DNA of 64,000 nucleotides, taken from contig NC_090383.1 of NCBI RefSeq assembly GCF_036365525.1, positions 85,549,123 to 85,613,122 on the forward strand, written 5' to 3'. This stretch comes from Heterodontus francisci. Its lineage: Eukaryota. The position numbers and the translations under genes were made by a program. The notes below the pieces were generated by a model, which saw only the letters and a program-made list of their open reading frames with translations, was not told the DNA's origin and ran no database searches. Position 1 is the first letter of the stretch; every line of letters begins with the position of its first letter. Positions 21,000 through 34,941 of this stretch are shown here, in pieces.

Positions 21000-23230
21000 G
21001 AAAGGTTTAGAGTGCGTCAAAAAGCAGAGAGATGGACACCAAGTAGGAAAAGGATGAATTTAATAGAGGAGAAAGCATGTTTGAAGAGATGTATTTTAAG
21101 GAGGTTTTTGCAAGTGGGAGGGAGGTGGAATGATAAAATAATTTTGGAACTTGAACATCGGGCATAGTATCTGAATTATGGGCCTTTGATGATGGAGTGG
21201 GGAACAAGTACCAAACTGGGAGTCAGAGAATTGGAGGGTGTGGAAAGGGACATGTGAATGAAGATCACTTAGACAGGGTGGAGCAGGGCAATGGAGGAAA
21301 GTGCAGATGAGAATTTTGATTTATTAAAGCACAGGTATCCAGCAGAGCTGAGCAAGAATAATAGTGATGGTTATGTGAAAAATCGAGTTGTAGACTTTGG
21401 ATAAGCTGGTTTGTAAACGATCATAGTGGGGTAGCCGATGAGAGCATTTGAGAAGTCAGTTCTCTGGGTGAAGACATAGATTAAGGATTTGGAAGCTTTG
21501 AGGCAGACCATGAGCAGGAAGTTGTGGGATAAAAAGCTCAGCTAAAAGTCAAGCATGAAGCTGAGATTGTGTACCACTGGCTTCAGTCAGCTCCAGAGGT
21601 ACATAGATGCTGGCTGGAGCTGAAAATAATTGTTTGTTTTGGCAACCTTGAGCTGAGGAAATGTTGACTCGTCCAAGAGTTGATGTTGAGTGACAATGGG
21701 ATTAGGTTTGGCTGTGATGTCCCCAGTGATCAAATAATCTACCAGCACTTACTTTTAGGGTGGACATGAAAATGGCCACTTAACAGAAAAAAAGAGAGAA
21801 AAATAAGAAACAGAACACACAGGATAGTAAGAGAGACCCAAAATGTTCCACAATTGTGTTAATAGAGGAAAGGTCAAAGAATGGGCAGGACAGATTATTA
21901 AACGTGAACAAGATATGGCAGATACATTAAATAGATTATTCACAATTTTTCACAAAGGGGGACTATAGATAAATACCAACCATGGTAAATAGAACTGAGC
22001 AATATGCAAGACATAAAAATTGGAAAATATGTTATGTGGGAACTTGATGGTTTAAACATCCACAAGGCAGCTAGACTTGGAGCCTTCAACAAATTGAATA
22101 AATTATATTTTGGTATTTTTAAGAGCTCCAGAACTAGTGGGATAATATTTGAGGGCTGGTGAACAGTAAATGTAATTCCAATATTAAAAGAATTAAGGCA
22201 CAAAATTAATCATTACAGGTTGGCTTCACATCCAAAGTAGGAAAATGCTTGATGTATTCTACAGGATACTTCAAATGAACATCTAAAACTGCACAGTTAT
22301 CATAGGAAACAGTTGCATGGTTTTAAAATAAATAATTGTGGCATACAATGTAGGAATTCTTTGAGCAGGTAACTAAGCTAGTGGACATAGATAATCTAGT
22401 AGTTGTAATTAATTTGGCTTTTCAAAACATTTGTCAAAGTTCTTCACGAGACAAATGGGGAAATAGCTTATGGCAAAGAGAAATTGTCTAGCTGAATTGA
22501 GCATAGATGTAACAGAGGGCAATGATAACTGGTAAATGTTCTTCCTCGGAAAAACAGTTGTGTTCAGTTATGTTATCTTCTAGAATGCCTCTTGTTCACA
22601 ATATTTATGAATTATATGGAAAGATATCTAGTTTAGTAGCACTTTTTTTTTACATTTGCTGCTGACATAGAAATGCTGGCAAATAATGAATAGGAAGAGT
22701 GAACATTTGGAACAGTTAATAAATGTGTATAGCATGAAGGGGGCCTATTTAAGATAAGCTCGTGAGAATTATGGGGTTAGGTTAAATTTAGCCCTGGAAT
22801 ACAACAGCTGCTTTCCTAAAAGCATTAAACACTGGGAAGAGTGATCCAGCTAACAAAAAATGAATTAATTAATAAGATGGCTGATGCAGAGTCTGAAAAA
22901 GAGGATTTGCATTCTAGAGATAATAACACTGCTCAATATTTATTTCTACTTGGATAGAGGAAGGAAATTGTTCAACTGAGAAATCAAGAGTGGAGGTTGA
23001 GAAGTCCATATTGGAGTAATCGATAAATTACTCTTTGTTCGTGAGATGCAATGGCTTCCTGGACAAAATAGCATCCTTTCACTCCGGCAGTAATTATGAA
23101 TGATACTAAGAGGCTACAGCTGGTAGTGGAAATATGCCCTAGATTGATTGCCATTTGGAAGGGAGAGGAAGTTAGGCCAAAGAGAACAAATGGGACACTT
23201 TTGCTGTGTTCATCCTTATTTTGTTTGGAC
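21000..23230. mobile_element. Very old L2 (minus, ~21000-21750) and CR1 (plus, ~21760-23230) remnants
   Basis: Degenerate motifs (NVIPILK, LAFQNICQSS resembling LDFQKAFDKV, TFAADIE resembling KFADDT). Confidence 0.5.
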
Positions 23231-25409
23231 AAGTATATTTGTTATCTCCTCACAAAAAAGTCATAGGCTGTGAAGTTAGAGAAAGTAATATGAATGAACG
23301 TATATAATTTTTAAAAAGGAAAAAGAGATCTGTGAAGAATTACATTGGCTTAAGTTGCAGAATGTAGCCAGCCAGAAATGTTTCCAGCCACCATGTCTGT
23401 GCTAACAGGCATACCTCTGGTTGCTTCACCCAGGTTTGGAAATAAAAGTGAAACGTCCTCATATTCTAATATTTTGTGTTTGGATGACTAATGTTTTTCA
23501 AAGCATCTGATAATGGTTCTATCTGAAGTTGTCAATACTGTGATCTAACTGATACTATTTCTGATGTCTTCTGAGAGTTTGGCAGGAACACAGTATCTGT
23601 GAAGATGTCGCTTGGACTTGCAAGAAGAAAAAGATAAGATGGTCTTCTCTGTTTACCACACTGCTTACAGCCCATTACCATTTTTCATTGCATGTAGTCA
23701 AAGAAAACAAGTGTTGACTGCACTGCTTTCCACCACCACTCTGCCAAAAAATAATGTGGGGGTTTGGCATTTAGTTGTGCAGGTTAGAAAGGTCACAGGT
23801 CAGTGTAGATACCAGTTAATGCAGCAATGGGGGCGATATTAGCATCCCCACATTGAGAGTAATTAATCTGGACAGTTTTACAGTATTATCTGTGATAAAG
23901 ATGGACTTTGGCTTGACTATAGTGTGTAGTCGATGAATGCTCACTATTCAGAATCTCAAATTAGTTTGTAGAAGGATGATGGTGCCTATAGGATCCACAT
24001 CTTCAGAAATATAGATGAGGGGAGAAAGTACCAAACAGCCGCACATTTATGGGTGCAAGGGTATAATTAGATGCATAAAATAATGAGTAAATTGGAAACA
24101 TCTATGAGAAAGATTTGCTTAAAGTGAGAAATAACACTTATTACCGCCAGGTATAGAAAACAGTAATGAATGGTAACATTGTAGTTTACAAAACAGAAAA
24201 GAATGAGTGCTGAGTGAACAAATGTTTAAAAGAAATGTGACCTAAAAGGGTTTTTTTGAATACAGTAAAAATTTACTGTTTCCAATACTTGACAGACATT
24301 GCAGAGCACGATTACATGAAATTTAAATGAAATATTTAGCTGAAAGGAACACTGAAATTGCTATTGCAATGAGATTCTCTGGCTATCCAGCTTACTGATC
24401 TTGAATAATGTTTAATTAGATATGTGTTGCTGCAGATAACTACTAGCTCAACAACCATGCGGAATGAAGGAAGTCCCTGTGTTAAAAACAGTGGAACATT
24501 ACCAAATACCAGAGAAAAGATTTGAGTACATGTAATGCTTTGAAAGGTACTTTGTTCAACATTTCACAAAGCTAGTTTTCAAAAATTATAAATTCAAAAA
24601 CTGATCCATTATAATTTTTAAATTTTAAAGTCTTTTAGGTATGTAAAATACACTCTGAAGAGCGCTCTCTCACACAGTGATTAGTTTCTCTTTTAGCCTA
24701 TAAAACACATCATCAGAAATCATCACAACTGGTGCTTAAATAAAACCAGAAAAGAAAGGAATTAAAGTTGCTGCTTTTGTCAGAACTGTTGATTGTTCGA
24801 ATACTGTTGAAAGTGTCTAGATTTTAAAATCGATAATGCGATGCTTCATAAAGAAACATTGTGTAAAGATGAACATAATTTTTGAGGAATCTTAATTAAA
24901 TGTCCATTTTTCGACTAAGTTCTGGAAATAAGATACATCTCATGAAATTTGCCATTTAATATAAATAGTTCTCAAGCTAAAGTATTCAGAATCAGCAGCA
25001 TAAAATAAAACTAGAAATTTGCGATCTTGATTTTTTCATTTTTAAAGCTTTATTAATTATTCACTATCATAATTAAGCTAATAGCTTTTATGTCCCACAT
25101 AAGCTTACTTTTAATTTGATTTGACAAATTAACTAGTTTTGCATTGCAAAAGAAGGACATAAGTGTAGAAATGATATCTTATAATAGGAAACTTCCTTCC
25201 TGAAGCCTTCTTCCAGACCTGGAAATGGTGAGAAAATTCAGATAACCTTACTGTATGCCACAGGCATTTATATTATGTGGGTGACAAACCTCATGTGAAT
25301 TAATAAAATCTGTTTTAAAAAATTAACTTGTCTATTTTTGAAGTTAAAATTCCTATTCACATTGAAAAAGGATAAGATTAATTGGCAACAACTTGGTATT
25401 CACATATGC

Positions 25410-25815
25410 AACAGTACAGTGGTTGTGTTATTGGACTCGCAAACTCAAGGGCTGGACTAATAATTAAGAGAACACAGCAATTGGAAAATTTGAATTCCGT
25501 TTTTAAAAATCTGGAAATTTCAAACAATAAAAAGCAGCTATCAGTAAAAGTGAACATGAAGCTGTTGGAAAAACTTCACAGATGTCCTTTCGGAAAGGCC
25601 TATATGTGACACCAGTCACACACCAACATCGTTGACTCTTAACTGCCCTCCGTGGCCTTGTAATCCATTCAGTAGTATCAAACTACAAGAATAACCATAC
25701 TGACTGCAGTGTTTTCAAGGAGAAGGCTCACTACCTCCTTTTTGGGACAATTATGGATGGGCAATAAATGCAGGCCTTGCCAGCAACGTCCACATCCTGC
25801 GAATGTATTTTAAAA
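25410..25815 (+). mobile_element. SINE-like element sharing 5' and 3' ends with the LINE at 31823-36292
   Basis: Shared blocks GGCCTATATGTGA..GTTGACTCTTAAC.GCCCTC, and tail GGGCAATAAATGC.GGCCTTGCCAGC..CCACATCC. Confidence 0.65.
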
Positions 25816-26953
25816 AATGATAACTGGCGGACAACCTCCACTGCAGGTATGGCAATGCCATAGAACTGAGGTTTACAACACAGGCCATTTAGATCATGGG
25901 GAGAATTTTATAAGTGTGCTGCAAATCACGGTGGGCATGCTCTGATCTCGGCAGTCTTCCGGCACGGATGCGCCATCGCTGAACCCCTGCAATATTTCGC
26001 GCGGGAGTTCATTTAAATGGAGGGGTTGGAGCTGCCGCCCCTGATGGCGTAGATGGGATGGCCGCTCCAGCAACAGCATCCATTGTATTCCTTTAATGAA
26101 TTTAATGTCCTTTCTATTTGCACCCAAAATAACACATCTAGTAATGTAACTTTGGCTTAGCCAATGTCTTGCACAAATTTATCAATACCTCTTTAGGTAC
26201 ACTGTGCTCCTATTTATCATATTGAAAATGCTGTTGATTTTATTGCTTTATCTATTTGCACTTGTACCTTCAAGGAATTATGTATTTGAGCCTCTCACTG
26301 TCTCTGCTAATCCATACACTTCAGTGGCTTCCCAGTGAGTATATACTCCCATTTCCTCACATCTTGACATTAAGTTGCATTTGACACCAGTCTTGTCTAT
26401 GTATCCCTGAGGCCATTACAGTCTTTGTTTGTTGACCCTACTTTTGTTACAGTTTCACTTTTCTCCTAACACTTGGTCGTTATGTCAAAAGGGCAGTTTC
26501 TATAAGTATGTGGAGTTGCCTATGAAACAAAACCATGTGTAGTTGGATAGCACACCACAGCATTAACAATTAACCCTAATTATGATTTATAATACGAGAT
26601 GAGGCTGAAATTTTCAATATTTGACATAAAATGAAAATTCTGCATTTGTAATGATACTTAGAGCAGCTAGCAAGATTGGTTCAGCTCAAGTATTTCTCCC
26701 ATTCCTCATCCCTAGCCCTGCTCCCCTGGGCTATTGTCTAGGCAGCTCCAGTTACAAACAACTAAATGTCAATTCCTAGTCATCCCTAATTCAGGTTACT
26801 TGGACAAATGCCTAAAGTTTTCATTAATTTACCATCTATTACAAGGGTTTGTTTTAGTAGCTCCACCTTTCACTCTATTTAGTAGTTTATCCAGAATTTG
26901 ATGTATTTGAGGGTTCTGCCTGCAATAGTAGTGAAATAGTGAACTTTTCCTTT

Positions 26954-26959
26954 TTTATT
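26954..26959 (-). terminator. Candidate MRPS10 poly(A) signal
   Basis: AATAAA on the minus strand about 130 nt after the stop. Confidence 0.45.
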
Positions 26960-27086
26960 CTGTTTTTACGAGATACAGTTTAGATAATCGAGCACAAAGG
27001 TAAAACATTGACAAAAATCATGTTTAGTGAGCTATTTTACTTTAAAATAAATAGCTTAAACAGTTACAGGAGAATGTCCATTGGCT

Positions 27087-27173
27087 TTAATTGTTGAGTT
27101 CGCCTTCATCTTTAGAAGAATGTATGCTCCAAACAGGTTTTTTAATATGTTCAGGTATCTTTTCTAACATTGT
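27087..27173 (-). CDS. MRPS10: MRPS10 exon 7 (last): TMLEKIPEHIKKPVWSIHSSKDEGELNN*
   Basis: CCCTTTTCAG| acceptor. Corresponds to human TQLEQLPEHIKEPIWE. Confidence 0.93.
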   Translation of the reverse strand, partial: TMLEKIPEHIKKPVWSIHSSKDEGELNN

Positions 27174-27253
27174 CTGAAAAGGGAGAAACATTTTATAAGT
27201 TACAGACATGCATGACAGACAAATCAGAAAAATTGTACAAATATAAAACTGAC

Positions 27254-27343
27254 CTTGGTCACCTCCATAGCAACCCCTTCTGGAAGATTGCGCTGGATAT
27301 ATTCCAAGTACACATTAGCAGTGCTTCCAGTCAGATGTTTGAT
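27254..27343 (-). CDS. MRPS10: MRPS10 exon 6: [30 protein letters not shown]
   Basis: Nearly identical to human [31 protein letters not shown]| ..AAG|GTCAGT, followed by an 80-nt intron. Confidence 0.97.
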
Positions 27344-29101
27344 CTAGCAGAGAGCAGCATCAGTATTAAAAGTAAGCTCAAATTGGTTAATCGCATACAA
27401 CAAGCACAGCTTTCTAAACTGCCCTCTATTTAACAATTAAAGTGTACTTCACACAGAAAACATTAGAAAAAGTGTGTTTTTCTTTCAACATGTGAATTTG
27501 TAAAATGACTCTGGAATTGAGGGTGGCTCAGCAGTACTATCTGTACAAACCAACTTCAACTCCAAGAATAGCTATAGAAGTATGTTGAATTAACAAAATA
27601 CAACAAATTCTGATCATTAGACCCGGGAAGGAAATTGACAAAAAAGTAAATTGACTGGCAAATAACATATTTGTAGGAAGTGCTTTGGAGTCTTAACTCA
27701 TAGCAACATAAAGTAATGGATCACAAGGTCAATACCTTACTCTTAATTTCCAGTCACAGCTATGACATCATGGGCAGCAGCCAAACACAGGCTGGCAGTT
27801 CCCCCAAAAGGAGAAAAACCTAGAGAAAGATTTTTTTGTCAGCCTGCTGTTATATACCTGAACAGTTGAAAAGGTTTCAAAGTAGACTGACTGTTCTATT
27901 GTCTGGTAGGTACCTGGCATTATAAGATCAAAAAGGATTTGACAGAAAATCAAGGGTTACATCTGGTGAAAGATGAAATTTTGATTATGCTTGATATTAA
28001 AAGGCTGGATAGTCACAGATTATCAGCAGTTTGTGATATAATTAAGTGACTATAACAGATCTCGAGACTGCCTCTGCACATGCACACTACTACCATATTT
28101 CACACTGGGACTACGATTAGAACGTCCAGCCATTTGGCTGATTATTTACCAATGAAGCAGTTCTATACAGTGAGTTCATGTGACAAAATATATTTAAATT
28201 ATGTTAACCTGCAGAATGTACTGTCTCAGGATCAGTGTATTTGAGTCAATATATATCTAGCAAATACATTTTCTTATTTGGTTAATGAGGAGCAAAGAAA
28301 AATTCAGCCTTGTCCTTTAAGTTTTTGCTCATTTACTAATTGCTTGAAATCACAGCATGTTTTTAGTAATAGTTGAGTATAATTATGATTAGGTAGGACA
28401 TGATGGGAAGAATCTGATCATTCAAAGTTATATTAGATAGGTGGGTGAAGGAATATGGGAACAGATTGGCTAAATGTAATTAGAATTATTTCCAGCACGA
28501 AAAATAAATTTCTCAGACTGGACAGACCTATATGTCCTGTTTATTGTTGTAACTTCTATATTAACTAATTTGAGCAAGAGGCAATAGGGATTTTCTTTAA
28601 ATAACTTGATGTTCTCCATTTCATAATAAACGTGTGTTTCTACACTGCAGCCATCACTAGGACTCGCATGGATGGCTACTGAAGTGCATTCCTTTTTGGA
28701 GAGAGGATTAAAAATATAGTAAGGATGGGCTTATCAATCCTAATGGCCATTTCTCATTCCTAAACATACTGGCCCACAAAGGGCTATTAAAATTTTGAAT
28801 GAGAGTCAGTCCAAGTTGGGTTTGCTCACCTAATGAGCAGCAGGGAACTAAGAACAAATTGGACTGCATTTTGTGGTCAGCGGCAAAGCCAGTCATATAG
28901 GAACAGCAGCCTAAGTGAGTGAACAGATAAATAAAGAAAAAAAAAAGCAAAGTAATAACTAAAATTACCTTCACTTTAGCACCATTTAAATGGTTCAAAA
29001 TTATATGAAGTTTAAATATTTTACGTCTAATCAGTTGAAAGTTTAAACTAAGATATCTACTGTGCCCTAGATTTCTAGTTGATATTTTGCCTTTTACTTG
29101 C

Positions 29102-29210
29102 CTCAATACATCTGTAGTATGTTCTCATCTCATACTGAACTCTGTGCTTCTTGAAAATGTGAATAGATTTGAGAAGTGTCATTCTGTCAATTTTCTTTGC
29201 AGGCTCATAC
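29102..29210 (-). CDS. MRPS10: MRPS10 exon 5: [36 protein letters not shown]
   Basis: uS10 motif [21 protein letters not shown]| acceptor and GC donor GAG|GCAAGT. Confidence 0.96.
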
Positions 29211-30973
29211 CTAAAAATATTTTTATTAAAAAAATCATGTTAACTTCACAAAATGTGATTTTAAACCACGGAACATCAATCTTAGTTTTATTGACTTTAC
29301 ACAAGCAAAGTCTCAGCTACGTATAAATATCAAAACTGCCTTCAATGTAGCTGCCACAGTATGTTCTGAAGGGGAGAGTGGGAAAACTAGAAAAAGGTAC
29401 AAGCCTAGAACAAAGCAGATAAAACAGATGCAGCTAGAGTTTTCTTGAGGATTCCGATGGGTTAATCACTGGAACCCATGAAGAAAAGCAGTGAACAGCT
29501 AAAAATGGCCATGTGCGGCTTTTTCCTGGGTTTCCTTTGACCTTCAGCTAAAGTTCCAGCCTGATTTGGCAAACTGCACAGAAATTCTCCCCCATAATAC
29601 TCATCTGAACTTTTTTTTTCATCACAGGTTCACTGGGCTAGTGTAAAATCTGAATAACACTAAAAGTAAAGGGAAATAACCAACCTATTTCTCTGAATGA
29701 TAATGTCCTCCACATTCTAACACCCTTCTCATTCTGTCTCTTTTGGGATGGATCACTTATGTATACATTTTATATTTAATGTGACGCTAGATGCCACAAG
29801 ATGGCTTAATCCTCACTCTGCTGAGTTCAAGATCTCAGCTGCATAGCCCACAAACTATTTAGCAAATCCTGTTTAGAATTCCCAAGTGTGCATGGTCCAG
29901 CTGCTCATTCCTAATGGTATGTGGAATAAAGATGCATGGATATTTTTTGCTTATATTGGATAAATACATTTTTATAACAAAAAAGTGGGGGACAGTGAGT
30001 TGCAATCTGCCTTTCCCCTCCGAGATCTAGGTTTCAATCAGGCTCAGACTGATGGGATGTAAGAATCTTACAACAGTAAATTGCATTTATAATGCCTTTA
30101 ATATAGCAAAGCATGCCAAGGTGCTTCAGGAGCATATATAGACAGGCAAAAAAAAAAATTTCACTGAGCCAAATATTAGGCCAGGTGACCAAAACTCGGT
30201 CAAAGGTAGATTTTAAGAAGCGTCTCAAAGGAGGGTGAAAAGGTTTAGGGAGGGAATTCCGGAGGTTCGCGCCTAGACAGCTGAAGGTCTGGCTGCCAAT
30301 AGTAGGGCAAAGGAAGTTGGGGATGCACAGGAGGCCAGCGTTGGAGTTGCTTGGACAGTCTTGATCAGGTTACTACTATTCATTGCCCTTACATTGGTAC
30401 TAATTGGAAATCTCAGACACAATAGTATGTATGACTTGTGAGAAATGGAAAATGTAACACTGGTACAATTGGGGTGGTTCTTCTGAACTGTGAAATTTGA
30501 GGCAGTGTTTTACTCTGCAACTAAATCACCTGTGAGTACGTTATGCTGAAACTGGATACCTGAAATGGAAGTGTTCCATTCCTAGTGCTAACTTATCTTG
30601 ATGAACACAAAAATCGCAAAGAAAATGGAATTAACATAATGATGAGTATTATGAGGAAAAGTAGCATTAAAAAGGCAGGAATTTGTCTTTGCTATGAGAA
30701 TGAAACCATGAATGGACTGAAATTAAAGTGATTTTTTCATTGCTATAATTTATGTACAGCATACCAACTACTTACTGGGAACGTGGTGAAGGAGGTCTGT
30801 GTTCAGACACAACAGTGCCATTAATTTTGTAGAGTGGATAGAGTGCATGGGATTTCTATTCCCTGTGTAACTGTAGTGCATTTGAATGTAAGGGAAACAA
30901 GTCCAAATTTTAAAAGAATCCACTTGACATATTAAATCCAAAAAGATGCTTATAACAGCAATTAAGTACTTAC

Positions 30974-31113
30974 ACTTTATCAACAATGATATTCAGCTCT
31001 TTAGCAGCAAGTGTGGCAAAATATTCATAGCTATCCAGTACAGTTTTATCATGGCCCTTCACCAACACAGAGATTTTCTTGTAAAGTGCATCAGGCTCAT
31101 CTGTTACTGTTGC
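30974..31113 (-). CDS. MRPS10: MRPS10 exon 4: [46 protein letters not shown](V)
   Basis: Matches human [39 protein letters not shown]| ..|GTAAGT. Confidence 0.97.
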
Positions 31114-33144
31114 CTGCATTAACATAAAATCATAAAGCATAACGAACAAAAGAACTTATTGGACGTCTTCCTTAAAATGAAAAGTCTCCAAGTTCCAAAG
31201 CAGCCAAATATTCAAAAACATGACAATTAAGTTTGCACCTTATATAATCAGTAAAGCAAATAAAAATTAACTAGAAAATTTTTAACCAGTCTCCCTGCCT
31301 ATGGCTTAGAAGAAAAGATTCTCACTTATATAGCACCTTTCACATCCTCACAACATTCCAAAATGCACTGCAGCCAAGTAATTACTTTTTAGGTAAATAC
31401 AGCAGCCAATTTGCACAGATCACGATTCCAACAAATAAAAAATAGTTGATCTGTTTTGGTAGAGTTAGCTGAGAGATGGAACTTTGCCTAAGACGTAAGG
31501 GAGAACCTGAAACAGGCAGACAAGGCCTCAGTATATCTCATCTGGAAAAAAAGCACCTTGAACAATGCAGGACTCTTTCAGAACTGGTGAAGTATCAGCC
31601 TGGGTTATATCCTGGTGATTCTGAAACACTGACTGTTGTTAAAAGTCTACAAATAAAGATTTTTTACTTCCATAGCCAGCCTGATTGCACTTTTTTTTTT
31701 AAAGATTTCCAGTAAAAAAACTGAACACTTATTAAAAGTGATTCTGCCTCTTAAGATAATCTGCCTCTGTTCACTGTGTATGTCAATGATATGGATACAG
31801 GTTTAAAGGGAGTGGTGTTGAAAGGGGAGACAGTAGCTGGACAGGTACTGGACTAGTGCTCCAGAGGCCTAGACTAATGCTCTGGGGACATGAGTTCAAC
31901 TATCACCACAGCAGCTGGGAGAATTTAAATTCAATTAATCTGGTATAAAAATTCTAGTATCAGTAATGATAATCATGAAAGTACTGGATTATCGTAAAAA
32001 CCCACCTGGTTCACCAATGTCCTTCAGGAAAAGAAATCGGGTATCCTGACCTGATTCGGCCTATATGTGATTCCACAGCAATGGGGTTGACTCTTAACCA
32101 CCCTCTGAAATCGGCTAGCAAGTCCCTCAGTTCTATGAAACCACTACAGAAAAATTAAATAATAAAACCAGATGGACCACCTGGCATCGACCTCGGCATC
32201 GGAAATGACAAAGGTATATCCTGCCCAGTCGACCCTGCAAAGTCCTCCTCACTAACATCTGGGGACATGCCAAAATTGGGCAAGCTGCCCCACAGACTAG
32301 GCAAGCACCAGCCTGACAGTCATACTCACTGAATCATACCTTACAGCCAATGTCCCAGACTCCTCCATCATATCTGAGTATATCCTGTCTCACTGTCAGA
32401 GTGCACCCACCAGAGATAGCAGCACAGTGGTATACAATCAGGAGGGAGTAGCCCTGGGAGTCCTCAACATTTACTCGGGTCCCCATGAAGTTTCATTGCA
32501 TCGGGTCAAACATGGGCAAGGAAATCTGCTGATAACCACCTACTGCCCTCCCTCAGTAGATGAATCAGTGCTCCTCCACGTTAAATACCACTTGGAAGAA
32601 ACACTTAGGGTAGCAAGGGCACAGAATGTACTCTGGGTGGGGGACTTCAATATCCATCACCAAGAGTCGCTCGGTAGCACCGCTACTGACTGAGCTGGCC
32701 AAGTCCTGAAGGACACATCTGCCAGATTGGGGCTGTGGCAGGTGGTAAAAGAACTATTTAGAGGGAAAAACCTACTTGACCTCGCCCTCGCTACCCTGCC
32801 CATCGCAGATACATCTGTCCATGACAGTATGGGAGAAGGAAGTCCCATCTTCACACTGAGAACACAGTCCATCGTGTTGTGTGGCACTATCACCATGCTA
32901 AATGGGATAGATTCAGAACAGATCGAATGGCTCAGAACTGGGCATCCGTGAGGTGATGTGGGCTATCAGCAACAGCAGGATTTTATGCAACCAAAATCTA
33001 TAACCTCATGGCCTGGCACATCCCTCACTCTACCATTACCATCTGGCCAGGGGACAAACCCTGGTCAAATGAATATAGGACAGGATGCCAGGGGCAGCAG
33101 CGGCCATACCCAAAAGTGAGGTGCCAACCTGATGAAGTTACAAC

Positions 33145-33913
33145 TGTTACGACCAGGTGAGCAATGTGTCTAGGGGGTCTCTTGCTGTCTTCACCTGGTC
33201 TTATTGTACCAGGGTTTAATTTTAAACACTCTGTTTTGAGCTCCCTTTTTTGTGAATCTGTGTTCACAATTTCCAATTATCAGGCAAATAACTGAGCACA
33301 AACAGGCTTTCTTTGGTTTAAAGCAGAAAGATTAAATTTATTAAACTTTAATTCTAATACGTTCACCGGTTCACGCCTGCAGATATATGACGTGCTCACA
33401 CTAGCATGCACACGCGATATAAAACAAGAAAGATAGGGACAGAAAAGAGTAGACGAAGAGATAAGTAGGACAGTTGGAGGCAATATCTTGTTACTGTTTC
33501 TTGAGCTCGCAGTAGTACTTGATTGTAGTTATTTGCTTGCATTTTGTTGGGGCCCAGTAATCGTCTTAAAACTTTGTTCATGTGGCAAACCTTTTTCTCT
33601 TCGAGTTTCACGTGTCTTCAATGATTTCAGTTCCCTGAGAAATAGGCAGACAGACAGGAGAGGCTGTAAGTCTTGCTTCAGTTCCAGGAGAGATGTTACT
33701 CCATGAGTACACAGCTTTGTCTCTGCTCAAATCCCTTTGTTTGAGAGTTCAAATTCAAAAAGCTCCCAGGGTGCTCAGCAGGTTAGCCATTGTTTCAACA
33801 TTGTCTGTTACCATAGAAATGTCTTTCCAGTCAGGGCTTGCAATTTTAAGTTTTAATGTTCATGTAGTGAAATAAGGTGTGCCTCAGTCTTGGCAGGTGG
33901 GGTTTGCCTGACA
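33145..33913 (-). mobile_element. Solo LTR (TG..CA) inserted in a LINE
   Basis: TGTTACGACCAGGTGAG..CCTGACA with an imperfect TSD CAAC/TAAC; the host LINE resumes afterwards. Ends resemble the reverse complement of 59056-59862. Confidence 0.7.
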
Positions 33914-34438
33914 TAACACAGGACTATGTGCACGCTAAACAGCAGAAGCAGCATCCTACAGAGCTTAGCGAACCCACAACCAACAGATCAGACCAAAGCT
34001 CTGCAGTCCTGCCACATGCAGTCATGAATTGTAGACAATTAAACAGAACCACAGAATTGTTAAACAATCAACCAGTGGAAGCTCTGCAAACATCCCCATC
34101 CTCAATGATGGGGGAACCCAGTACATCAGTGTAAAAGACAAGACCGAAGAATTCGCAACCATTTTCAGCCAAAAGTGCTGAATGGATGATTCATCTCGGC
34201 CTCCTGAGGACCCCAGCATCACAGATACCAGTCTTCAGCCAATTTGATTCACTCCATGTGATATAAAGAAACAGCTGAAGGCACTGAATACAGCAAAGGC
34301 TTTGGGCCCTGGCAACATCCTGGCTGTAGTACTGAGGAATTGTGCACCAGAACTAGCTGCGCCTCTAGCCAAGCTGTTCGTGAACAGCTACAGCACTGGC
34401 ATCTACATGTCAATGTGGAAAATTGCTCAGGTTGGTCT

Positions 34439-34941
34439 TGTCATGGTCCTGTAGTTTTTTTGTCTCTCCGGGGAATATGTGGTTTGCCTTTAAGGCAGGC
34501 AAAGGATCAGTACTGCTTTAAGAACCAGCAAGCCTCAGAGTTAGAGAAAATGCATTTTCGGTTGCTATTGGATACAACCATTTGGAGACTGCGATTCAAA
34601 GGGTGCATTCTCGTTACCATGGAAACAGCCACTGGGATTGAGTATCAAGTGACACATTTGTTACAGTTCAATTTTGAACTGGCTTTTTAGTTGAAGACAG
34701 TTTGTTCTAACAGAACTCTCACAGAGGACACAGACAGCTGTGGTGTTAGCTCTTTTTTCAGGTGCTCTCAGCCATTTAATTATCTCTCAAAATTCTAAAA
34801 AAAGTCAAGCCAAAACGGAGATCTCTGATAATTTGAACTGAAGGGAAGTTAGACTGTGACAATCTTTTATCCCTCAAAAACTCTCAAGTCAAATTGATTT
34901 TATTGAAAGTGTTTGCAAGTCATTAATTGTTGGTCGTAACA
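34439..34941 (+). mobile_element. Solo LTR-like insertion (TGTCATG..GGTCGTAACA)
   Basis: TG..CA termini similar to those of 59056-59862. The host LINE resumes at CTGTCCACAAAAAGC. Confidence 0.6.

Noticed and set aside
19700-25400. Additional gene between the RGG gene and MRPS10
   Set aside because: Scattered splice-like words only; no coherent exon chain or recognisable protein, and much is decayed LINE.
28708-29106. 132-aa minus-strand ORF
   Set aside because: AT-rich read-through of MRPS10 intron 5 with no homology signal.
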